Assembly: GCA_910592345.1 (NCBI GenBank)
Contig: CAJVPI010000119.1
Coordinates: forward strand, 1 to 51,974
From: Paraglomus brasilianum
Lineage: Eukaryota
Length of the DNA stretch: 51,974 nucleotides
Reading direction: 5' to 3'
Both the position numbers and the translations under genes were made by a program. Positions 40,488 through 51,974 of this stretch are shown here, one piece after another. The notes beneath the pieces were generated by a model. It saw nothing but the letters and a program-made list of their open reading frames with translations, had not been told where the DNA came from and ran no database searches. The number at the start of each line of letters is the position of its first letter. Positions within the stretch are counted from its first letter, which is position 1.

Positions 40488-40700
40488 AGTTACTTCCGTA
40501 GCGAGTGGTAACGAAGCCTTACCAGATTACAGAAGTTTGGCAAAGATAATCGTGAAGCAAGTGTGATTGTTGGGAGTGCAGTGGTAATCCCTTATTCACT
40601 ACCATCGAAGCAACACGAACAGCTTGTTTAAGCCTCGACTAGCGAACGTTTAACCTCTGCGAGGTTGGGATTACAGGAATCAGAAGTCCTTCTGAGTTAC
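40488..40700. ncRNA. Candidate structured RNA or retroposed element of unknown class
   Basis: Several stems, an 8-bp loop-to-downstream complement (GTAATCCC/GGGATTAC) and flanking AGTTAC direct repeats. Confidence 0.35.
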
Positions 40701-41044
40701 ATACATTACATGTTTCATTGTAAACTTCTTGAACAAATTATTAGACATATTTCCCAATCACACAGTTAAATAGGCTTGGAAATAATAATATAACTCTTAA
40801 TTATTAGCAATATTGATATGAATATAGACATTTAGTTTAAAGTCGGTCTTTTTCTTAATATTAAGATTAACTTGAATATACTAATACTTTACATCAAATA
40901 AATGATTATCTCAAACTAGACGCGTTCAACACGCAGATTTGTAGACGTCATCAGCGCTACACAACCATATTTAGTATACACAAATTTGCGGTCATTAATA
41001 TTAACCTTAGCCTGTTCTTTCCTCTGATACCATATAATTTAGAA

Positions 41045-44000
41045 ATGAGTTTCATACAATTCACTGATTGGAAGCCCGATCGGTTTAAAAAACTGTTCGA
41101 ACAAATAACAAAAATTTTCCGCACGCCTACGCATAAGAATCTGAGGGAGCTTCGGACGGAACTAATAAAAAACAAATCTTGGTTCATAAACCTATTAGAC
41201 GTTCCACCGAAGAACGACGCAAGTAGAACACAGATCCGCCAAGGTATGTCAGATTGTTTCTTAGAAAGAAATAATGTCTGGGAGGGGGCTCAGTGAGAGT
41301 TTGTCTCATTAGCAGAATCCGAAAAATAGCGACTTATTTCCGCAAGTGACCATAAATTCGTCCCTGCTCCCTCGGAAACGAATATTATCCAGGATCAATC
41401 GTTATAAGCGGTCAGGAATATAAGCTCAACAATCAGTATATTGAAGCTACCATAATTTTATCTGATGCTTTGAACATTGATGAAAAGTTCGCCGCCACGC
41501 TCTATCTACACGGCGTTCAATGTGCTTACTCGAACAAATCAGCACTACACCAGGCAGTATTGCTATTTCTTAGCGAAAGCAATTATCTTCTCGGATGTCT
41601 CTATACAATCATTAGCACTCCAGGACAAGAAGATTACGATTTGAACGTCAGAGAATTATTCCAGGCTTTTGTGAGTGAATTGGTAGAAGGATTCAAGAAG
41701 AAAACTCATCCAGAGAGTTTTGCGAGCAAGCTCATGAAAACTCTTGCATCACTGCGTATTGATCTGAATGATTTGAATGACCGACAGATACAACTGAATC
41801 GTGGCATCCAGACATTACAAGGTCAAGAACAACGACAACTTCGGCAGGAATCGCAAGAGCAATGGTTGGCAATTCGCGACCGTCTTGTTGATGTGCTTCA
41901 AGACCGGATAAAAGCTTTGACGTCTCAGCGTAAAAAGCTTGCTCGCATTTTATATACGTACTCGTATAACTTTTTACTTGAGACTCAAGAAATTTTCGAA
42001 TTAGCAGCGATTCTACAAAAGGCTAATTTACAGGATTTTGTTGTTCCTCATCTTGTCTGTTCACTGCTTGCTTCCATCGACATTACTCCAGAGCATGTAA
42101 ATCTGAAAACCGCAATTGTTAGATTCAATCAGACAAGAAGTGATAGAGACTTTATCTCTAATTTTACCCAACTAGTAAGTTCTGATGGATGGGATGCCAA
42201 GGAAATTCAAGCAGTAATCACGTTACAATGGAGTATGTATGCATGGGAAGCAACAAAAAAATCGCCTGCTTTGCGACAACAATTAAACCTTGAAGATGAC
42301 CAGCTGACGCGTATGTCGGAGAAGGCAATACTCGATGATGCCTTCCAATTCATAACCTATTATTTATTATCGTTTACATCAACTAATCATGCCATCGAGC
42401 CCGCGCGTCGAGTTGAAATTGAAATAGACGAAGAGTTTCGTTATTTTCTATTGCAACAGTTGCGTCTACTTGTTTTATCTTTCATAAGCACTAATATGTT
42501 TGGTGCTCTTAAGAAAATTCAGACTCGCGAAGAAGATGCTCATATATCCGTAGGCGTGCAACCGCAGTCGCGTCCACCAGCAACGAAAAAACAACCGAAA
42601 ATGCGACACGATGTGGAGGCTTTTTTTATGTTGATTGCTGCACTATATAGAGATGAGCCAGACGAAGGATTGATCATGTGGCACGAGCATCGACCATTCT
42701 TGCATTGGGCATCTGGCTGCGATGAACAAGGAATGATGAGAGCATTCTTGGAAATGCTTGCTTCGTTGGCAACAGGCACAAGAGCTAGCGAGGCTGCAGA
42801 CGAGTTTCTCTTGGCAAATGAACAAGCTGTGAACACATGGTGCTCATGGAAAACATTAGATTCTGCGCTTAAAGCATATGGATCCCCGCTTGGCATGGGA
42901 GTTAGTATGGCATCCGGACCGAATTGGCAGTACGTGGAGGAGATTAGCAAAGGAGAAGTTCCGGTTCTTACTGCTTTCGCAAGAGTTCTTGGCCAAGTGG
43001 TGAAATATTCAGGAATAGCACGTGCAAGGCTGTTCAAAGAGAAATACCTTGAGAAATTATTCAATTTGTTAAGTTTAAACGTGTCTCTGGATTTGAAGGC
43101 AGCGATATTTGACGCCATTTCCGCGTTTTGCGAACCACTAGATGATTATGCTGATATTATATGGCAAGTATGGTCTCATCTAGAACGTTTACCTGTGTTT
43201 CCGAGGAATGATATGAACGGTAGAATGTTGCCATATGGAAATAATGGAGCATCATTGAAGCGAGAATTAGAAGAGAAGGAAGTACCGAACAAGAAGTATC
43301 CGGAAACAATCGCATTTCTTCATTTGATCAGCGTTCTTATTCATATTCCCAACAAACGTGCTGCTCTTCGTACTGGTCTGCCCGTCAGATCGCCCACTAT
43401 ACCTCATAGCCTAGGTGAACCATATCGTTCTCGTGGAATTATCCCTTACATTGAGTTTATCATTGACAACATTCTTGTTAAAGCTCTTACTCGAGCATAC
43501 GCTTATCCGCCAGAGAAATGGAACGTATTGGCGCTATCATTAGACATTGTTGAGAAATGTCTGATATGTTTTGATCTGACCGGACTGTTTTATCAAGACG
43601 CATTCCAACGTTCTTTAGCTTCTGTTCGAGGAGCACCTGTTAATCTTGCAGCTATACTACCTGAACCGATAGAGACACTGAAACGACATCCTGGGTATGA
43701 TATAATGAAGCGTTTGTTGTGTAATTCTCGATTAATGGATGTTATTTTTGAAATTATATCGTATGGATTTGAAGCCATCAATGAGAATAAGATGAAGACG
43801 CCTCTCTTTGCTCAATCCGTGCTCCATTGTCTTCGAATACTCGAATTGGCTTTACGTAAGCAGGACCGATTTACGAACAAGTTATTACCCTTAACTAAGG
43901 ACAATTTGCAGCAGGGACGTCTGGAGGCAGCCTTTATGTCTAAACCGGAAATTTTAGTACAAGTGGCATTATTATTACAATGTGGTCACTATAATGATAT

Positions 44001-47000
44001 ATGTTTTCATTCAGTTAATATATTGGCCATATTATTGCGCTCTAGTACATTTAATGCGGGCAATATGGTTGGCGCTAAAATCAATAGATTGTCTGCCGTC
44101 TTAACAAGATCGCCTGATTCGGATAGAATACTTTCTGGATTTGTGGACAGATTAGAGTGGAAGGGTGATGATGAAGTGAGGGATATTCTCATTGATCGGG
44201 AGGATGATGAGATTGAGAGGATAATTGAGCAAGATGCAAAGGACACTTATTTGAGCAGAATGCAGGACGAGGAAGAGGAAGATGAAATGGCTGCTTCATT
44301 GGAAAACGAGGAAGGAATAACTGCAGAGACAGTAGGCTTTGCTATACTGGATTTAATATTAGAAAGTTTAAGGAGCAATGAACCGTCACCCAAATTTGCA
44401 CATTTCTTGCTTGGATATGCTTCATATGGCTCCGGTGAATCAATCGCCATGTATGAAGGTATAACCACATGCTTTCATGTTATACTAAGAATGCTGGAGC
44501 CTCCTGTTGATGATGCTAGCGAAAATGATGACGAGACAAGGCGGGCCAATTCGCTGGCTGTAACTAACCCACTGTTGGCCAGTCGTTGTTATGAAGTTAT
44601 ATATAGACTTTGTAGTAACAATCAGACTGCAGAGAAAACTCTGGTCACTCTCCGTACTCAATACAACTTTACATTCGATCAATTTAAACTGATATCACCA
44701 CATATAGAACAGCCAGTCGTATCATATGAAGATAACAGTGTAGTCCATCGACATGACCAGTCTAAGGTCAAGATCGACTTGGCCACATTAACTGCTTATA
44801 TTTGGCAGAGAACTTGGCTAATGAAGTTAGTTGCGCTTGAACTGAAGAGATGTCCAACGCGTTCCAATGTAGAGAATCTATTGGCTGTTTGTTTTGGAAG
44901 TAATGCAGTTGGAACCAGTGACGAGAATGAGTCTGCTCCAATGGATGTTGTTGGAGATGACACAATGAAGATACTGGAATTACTTCATATGTTAGAGCAT
45001 GAATGGCAAGATCAATATCAAATGGATAATCTGCATCGTCGCTATTTCGATCGTCTTAATATTGACATATTCCAAGAAGTAATGAATAAGAAAAGTAAGA
45101 AACGACGCACTGTGTATAATATCAGAGACATTTACTCGGCTCTTGAATTGGAGAAAATGAAATTGAGAACCACGATCGGCAGTCGACAAGATTGGCATAA
45201 TATGTGTGATGAAATGAAGCGGATAGTCAGATACTGTTTTTTTATGAATAGACGAGTCAAATATGTTGATACTCGCCAACAATGTTTCTTTGCGTGGAGA
45301 GAAGTCGTAGATATAGTTTTTTATAACATGTATGAAATACTTCGATTCGAAAAACGTGAAGCTATAGTGCAGGATATCTTATCACATACATTGAAAGTTA
45401 TTAAAGATGAAGATGAAGCGATAGCAGAGTGTCTAAGTAAGACGGTGGTAGCCGCTATTACCACGTTCAGACAGACTCGCCTTATGCAAGATATGTTTCA
45501 ATCAGCCTCCAATAATCAATCTTCGAGTTCATCTGCGACAGTTTTTCCAGAAAATTTCTGTGACATTTTTAAACAGATAATCGACTGTCTCTTGCTTGAT
45601 TTGACAAGAATAGAGACTAGAATGAATCTATATATCGCTATCTGTACTTATTTACGCTATTGTAATTCGGAAAGAGAAGAAATATTATTTCCGGTTCAAA
45701 GTGCATACCATAATAGACAATCACTTGCTAGTACATCTACATCTGCAGCAGCGTCAAACCAGCCATTAATCACGCCTGTACGCGGTACTGGTGTAAGATC
45801 TGTTGTTGATGCTGGTAATCTGTCTATTCTTCGCAATGCGGGGGAGAGATTACTAGAGATTATCAGATTAGATGCATCAGAGGGTCAAGTTGGTGGGCAG
45901 TTAGCTGCATTGACCGTATTGGCTGTATTATGCGTTGTATACTCGAAAGAGAAGATTAACATAGTAGTTGACTTCTTGATTAGAAGTCAGTTCGTGGCTA
46001 ATACGATAGACGAATTGAAGCGTAGTGATGATTTATTGAAAAAGGCAACCAAATCCACAAGAGGTGGGGTACACAAAGTACATTTGCATCTGTGATATAG
46101 TTGAATGATACTTACGTTATTTATACTTTTAGAGCTACCTGTTGTTCATGCGACGTATTTATTTGAGTCGAGGATATCCTTGTTACTTCGGATTTCCCAG
46201 AGACCTGAATGTGCTGGCAAGCTAGTTGATTTTGCTATAATGGAGACTATGAAGGAATTAACGTTTTTGGATGAACGACTACCACATAATATTTCTCAAG
46301 ATGAAGGTGAGATTGTAAATTTTTTGTTATTGAGTTTATGTATCATATCAATGTTACGGTCGTTCTCGGACCATTTTGCTGAAATCTGCAGTTTATTTTG
46401 TTTCGCTTCCTTAAAAACAATAACATTTCAATCCAACCTATCTGATAACTTAGATAATTCTGACAGAACGTCATACGAGAAGTATAATTCGCTATTACTG
46501 ATGGTCATACGGCTTATTGTGAGTATTCTAACGGCCATCGGACACGAGAGCGGTAGTGTATTAGGAAAGGTAAGCGTACGAACTGTATATTCGTAAAAAT
46601 GTATGATCTTCATTCCATTTAATTTCGACCAACTTTTTAGGCGACAGGTTTTGTTGCTAGTCATCAAGGGGTAATGGCGGATATCTTTACCGATTTCATA
46701 CCACTTAGTGCGTTGACATCAAATAACAAGACAACACGAACACGCTGCATCAAGCATCTTGAACTATTATGTGAAGTGACCGCACTATTTTTTTATCTCG
46801 GTAACAAAATAGATTCGGTTGATAAATCGGTAAGAAACACAAACTGTCGATAAGCATGGATTTTTCTCATCATAACCGATGTTTTGCTTTATTATACTGT
46901 AATATGAAGAGAACGGGGAATCATCAGCCAACGTTCCATAATTTAATGCGGGAGCTCATTTCGCGCTTTTTTACATACAACCATAACAATATAATGATCG

Positions 47001-47892
47001 ACGTTGATGATGAAGAGTACCTTCGGCAAGCAGATAGGCTGATTGCGCTAATAAGCAGAAATCTCATAAACTGGGCACAGAAAGTGACTGATTTCAAAGG
47101 TAATCTACAAATTGATAACGTGGACGTATTGGCCATTGTCTGGTACCACTGTAACGCTTCTGTTTAATCACTTAGTTAATGAATTTAAGCCGCTGTTTAC
47201 CGCATCGCTGAAGGCAGCTCAACGACCAGCAGAACATCACATCGAGACAAGTAAATATACAATGTCGGCCTGAGATTATATTTCCGCTTTTAAAATTATA
47301 TTATCTTCTATTTACAGGAGAACCAGAGCTATCTGTGCTCGTTGTTTACCTTCGATTATCTGTATCGAAGGTATTTGATGGACTGCAAAAGTCGGGCGAC
47401 GTTCCATCAGAAGCTTTAAATCAAGACCTAAGTATGTGTTTGCATTAGATCTCTACATCTAATGAGTGCATTGCTACTATTTTTCTCATATTCAACTCAA
47501 CGTCATTTATTGTAGGTAATGTTGAAATGGCCATCTTAATACTCTGGCGCCATCTTAATTATTATTTATCGTCAAGAACAGCAACGCCATCAGGATCTTC
47601 GTTTCCCGTAACTCGGCCATCTTTAAGCTTGTACAATCGAAGAGATCCGGTAACAGAACAATTAAAAGCTGCTTCTCGGGACGTTTTGCTCTCGATGATG
47701 GATGATATGAATGAGCGATTCACAACAGAATTGGTGCGTATTGCTGTTTCAGATTTGGTCTTATCGCATTGCTCGTTGGCTGATAAAATGGTTCTAAAAT
47801 TTTTATAGACGAATATCCTGTTCGAACCACGAAAGAGATATCTTCTGATGGTAATACGCAAGATCAAGACGCTTATAGCAAGAGAAAATTAA
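41045..47892 (+). CDS. NUP192: Nucleoporin Nup192/Nup205, multi-exon
   Basis: Very large alpha-solenoid ORF (1541-aa exon). LLDVPPKN.ASR..I..G; LS..LNIDE; AFLEMLASLATG; ELEEKE....YPETIAFL.LI; HPGYDIM; P.FAHFLLGY; QRTWLMKLVALEL; IRLDASEG; FESRISLLLRISQ; ILWRHLNYY. Confidence 0.9.
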
Positions 47893-49979
47893 TAATAAAG
47901 ACATCGAATTATATAGTTAGATTAATTGGATGTTGAAAGTTGTAACATAATCTACATATACCTACATTAGACAGTCAAATAAACTATCCCTGATTCTAAA
48001 TCGGGAGAACGGTGAAATTCAGTGTGTAACTCTCAATCGCACATTCCTTGAAAGAAAATCCCACATAAAAAACTCGTGGTTTGAAAAACAGTGTTCTAAT
48101 ACCAATTTAAATTATTAATTAAATTGATAGCGTTAAACGTATAGATAGCCACAGTGGCAGAGTCGCTTAAAAATATTAGTCAACCTTAATTGACAGTTGC
48201 AATAAGAAAACTTGTTTGCAATAAGCTGTGTTCAAACAAAAGAGTCATTGACTGGATTTCTAATGATATATAATTCAATTTTTGAAAATTTACACTTTTG
48301 GATTAGTATTCAATGAAACACCAAATCGTCTGAAATTTTATATTTATATATTTTAAAATACGGTGAATGTTTTCACTTAAGGATGCAATGGCACACATGA
48401 ATAAACCATCACTGTCAAGTTCAAAGAGGAGCTTGAAATGCCCATTAAAGATTTTGGCAAACTGGAAGGGAGCAAGCTGGCACTTGTAAAAAACCTTAGT
48501 TTGTGGCGTAATTTGATACAAAAAACGCGACATAGTCGTAACCAATAGATAGGCGAGCTGAAAGGAAATAAATAGTAAAGGCGTTTATAAAAAATTTCCA
48601 AACCAGGCCGCATGAATGTTTTTGCCCTCCAATGTAATAGAAAACAACGGTGAAAGAATAAATTATTTAATTAAGAATTCCAAAAACTTTTGTTACATAC
48701 TGTAAATCTACAAGTCAATTTATTTGACCATTATTATCTGTTGGAGATTTCAAACTGTGCCAACAGTTCGCTCTTCGGCTCTTCCGCTCCCAGCTCTAGC
48801 TACACTCTAAGTCCTCTCTCTACTCTATTGAAACTAATACAATTCCACTAGTTATATAAACTAATTTAATAGAATGGTAAGAGTCACATGATTCATTTTA
48901 AATCAAAATGTTACTACTTTCACCCGTTTAATATTGGCGCAATTGTTACAGCCATCTGTTCATCCGTCAGCTGCTTCTCTTCCTTCACGGTTTCTCTACC
49001 GCCGCACTTTCTTCAGTTTGGGGGCTTCTGGTATCAGGTCTCTGAAGGTTAGGTCTGGTCTGGATCTTTTCAGTAACAGGTCGGAATACATATTAGATCG
49101 CTCGGTTATTGAAGGAGAAGTTGTACATGATGGTATTAAGGTTAGCCTTTCCAAATAACAGTTTTGTATCTCTCTACTTTGTTTCCCAGCCCTTCAGTAT
49201 TAAGATTGGCGTTGGTAAATACGTCGATCCATTACCGCGGCGGGAAAACTGTAATCATTTTGACGATGATTTTGTCCGTTCCCTCTGCTGTAGTTTGCTT
49301 GTTCTCAGATACCAGTAGACTTAGCGCGGCGATTAGAATGTTGAAGCATTACTACTTTGTTATACAGTCAAAGAAATCTGAGTATAGAGCGAGTTGTGAC
49401 TCGTATGTAACTTCTAAGTGTATAATAAATGTAAATATAATAGTTAGTTTGGCTATTCATGATGCCGATTATTTATTTCACTGAAGACGAAAAGATACCT
49501 TTTGTTGGAAAGACGTCGATATAATAAACAACTTTCGTTATCACATTAAATCTATTCGGTGCGATATACGCTGATAATGGAGAAGCAGATTTGTGCGTTG
49601 TGTAGTCGTGCACCGCACGTCAGTAGAATGTTCGCTCTTGTGCGAACTCTTTCGTCGGTTGTGTGGTCGATAAACCGTGTTTTATTAATTGTTAATATTA
49701 AGAGTTCATTGGCGCTTTTTGGGCATGGTTATACATATATGTATGAGTAGACACGTGAATGACGTAAGATGACACATATTTAGTACTACTCGTACTACCG
49801 TCCTTATAAGTATAAATACAAGTGTGAGAGTTCATCGTGACACATAGAAAAATGAAAGTAATTGATTTTCGAGTAAAAATATTTTTCACTGGTTAATATT
49901 AATAAGTCCGATAAAGTCACGCGTATAATTTTAATTAAACCGATTTATATTACTATTACTATTCTCTAATCGTAATAGT

Positions 49980-50340
49980 CTATCGATAGACGCTAATCCT
50001 CGATAAATACGTCATTCCTCGAGTATATTACTATTATCAGGAGTTTCGATGTGAACAAATATTATCGCAATTGAGAGTAATCGCAAACAAGAGGCGAATA
50101 CTCCTAAACAATATAACGGTTTCTCGGCTATCCTTAATTTACCAGAGAACGAATCATTAATAATGTATTTCAGAGTATAAAGAACTACTCGTTTATTATT
50201 AGGAAGGATATTAATTGAGGAGTTGTGTTCTTTTATTGTCTACACCTACGAGTGAACGCTAAAGGTATACCAGGAATATTAATTGAACATGATGCGAACA
50301 TGATCAATTTTATCGGAAGGTTACGCTTCCTCCTAATCTA
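49980..50340 (+). repeat. Dispersed degenerate repeat (homolog of 21560-21780 and 22160-22220)
   Basis: Shared blocks listed for 21560-21780. The reverse complement of 49981-50030 (ACTCGAGG..AGGATTAGCGTCTATCGA) also matches 22163-22218. Confidence 0.75.
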
Positions 50341-51974
50341 GCTACGTATACTCAGTGCCAATTTAACTCAAATACATCTAAAAGCGAATTATTGTACGAT
50401 CGTTTTCTGGCGTGTAATGTTTGTGATACTTGGAGTTGTGCAGAAATTATACGTCATTATTAACATTAGTCCTCACAAGAGTGATGATATCGATAGCAAA
50501 AGAGCCCATGCAATACAATATCAATGTAGTATAACGAGTAGCACTAACAGCATAACAATACAAAAAATTTACACTCCCACACTATGCAATATTATGCACT
50601 ACTATGTAGTACCACCACGACACATCTATTATCATCATGGAAATGTCATTTTAACAAGAATGATGTTTTTTGATGGTTCCTATTCTATTGAATAGATAGT
50701 TTGAACGTTACAAAAGTAAAAGTACATTCTCTATACTAATACTGGCATATTATGATAGTTACTGATGAGTAATTGAATAAAACAGTTGGCATATTATAAA
50801 ATTTGCAATGGTTGTCAATAGAATACTGTGCATTAGGTGGTCCAAGCAAGTACCAAGACAAAGCTTAAAAGCGGTTGGGCAGGCGAAAAGCACAGGTCTT
50901 CAAATGCATATGGCAAATTGCTTGCTTCAGTAACAATCTGCCATTAATGCGACGGTTTGGTGTGAACGCACGTGAGATACAAACCAACGAATTTTCCCTA
51001 GTTATATTATTTATTTATATTATTATTAGTTTTACTTACAACATATTAACTCTATTATTCAGTCTCTCTTTTTTTGTAGAGCGCAATATAAGCTTATTGT
51101 TCTGCCTATAACATTTGCGTTCTTTATATTCCCTGATAAGGATACTTAGCGTCGTTGGCGAAGTGTAAAACGCTTTCCCCGTCATCGGCGAATGGGTATT
51201 GATATTGCCAATCAATTCTATTTAGTACTTTTGCATTCAGGATTATTGTTTAATTATAGTGGGAGCTGATGGCTGAAGCTGAAACTAACCAATGGGGTTG
51301 GAGAATAAAATCTGATCAACCAATGAAAGGTCATGGTTTCAGCCGAACCGATAGGCTTTGAGATTAACGAAGTGATTACTCGAGGTTAGTCGAAGGTCAC
51401 TAATTGTCATTAGTATTTAGTTTGAAGTAGGAAGAGCAAAAGCTTCCGTCGGAAAAGGATTAAATCCCAAACGGCTAGTACACCTAGTCCGACACACTTG
51501 TAGATAAAATACATTGATTAATTTGATTTGTTTGATTATTCGTTTTATTCGTCATAGTGAATCTTATATGGGGCATGCTGATGCAACAAAGTCTATGTGA
51601 GTTAAAAATTGCTATTGTGGCTGATTTTTTTAGCTTTGATTTAGTTGATAATTCAATTTTCGTAAACATAATTTTATTACTTTGTTATAAAATGCAAAAT
51701 ATAATAATAAATAATAAAAGTGCATGGGATTACATTGTGAAAAGGTCTAGAAAGTTCCTAAGAATACGTCATTGATTTTGGTGTCGGTATGTTAGATCTC
51801 ACCGCGCAGCACATCTTTCGGACTCTTTGTGAACGCGATGGGCTATTCCTGAGGGTTCTTCTCGGCATCGCTTCATGATGGGCTTGTGTGATTAACTATT
51901 ATACTAGTCGTAATTGTATTAGCCGTTACGTATACGAGTCGTCACGATAACCACATGTCTAGACGAATATTCCC

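Noticed and set aside
42540..45282. Antisense ORFs within NUP192 (similar ones lie opposite the cyclin, NOSIP and PYM1 genes)
   Set aside because: Shadow ORFs of real coding sequence, with no independent motifs.
48300..49400. Coding-like fragments on both strands downstream of NUP192
   Set aside because: Too many stops and no family assignment possible.
49478..49530. CTGAAGA-hairpin-GGAAA..GTC, a Penelope-type hammerhead look-alike
   Set aside because: Core spacing and stem I are not canonical; at best a decayed copy.
51185..51200. GGCGAATGGG identical to the HDV ribozyme 3' end
   Set aside because: No P1/P3/P1.1 architecture upstream.

Overview
AT-rich, intron-containing eukaryotic DNA with short GT-AG introns. 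The gene content, especially the TKL-type kinase with repeated 'SGN..LD..I...WIPF' modules, points to an early-diverging fungus, most likely Glomeromycota (inference, no database search). Intact conserved genes: a TEA-domain transcription factor, a cyclin T/K-type cyclin, a probable mitochondrial coiled-coil protein, a DHX40-like DEAH helicase, NOSIP, PYM1/WIBG, GGTase-I beta, kinetochore Fta4 and nucleoporin Nup192/Nup205. Between them lie TA-flanked MITEs, Tc1 and pogo/Tigger transposase remnants, a decayed CpG-free Academ/DUF6589-like transposase, LTR-like fragments and a dispersed degenerate repeat family. Most interesting: (1) a receptor-like gene with signal peptide, intact type-1 copper cupredoxin, transmembrane helix and an internally deleted kinase-like tail (28981-30405), suggesting a cupredoxin receptor-like kinase family; (2) a ~210-nt pseudoknot-capable structured element flanked by 6-bp direct repeats (40488-40700); (3) a spliced 55-aa membrane micropeptide gene missed by the ORF track (32921-33088); (4) a four-module tandem kinase with a DFG-Asp to Asn change. 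All calls are by-eye pattern recognition; exon boundaries were read manually.
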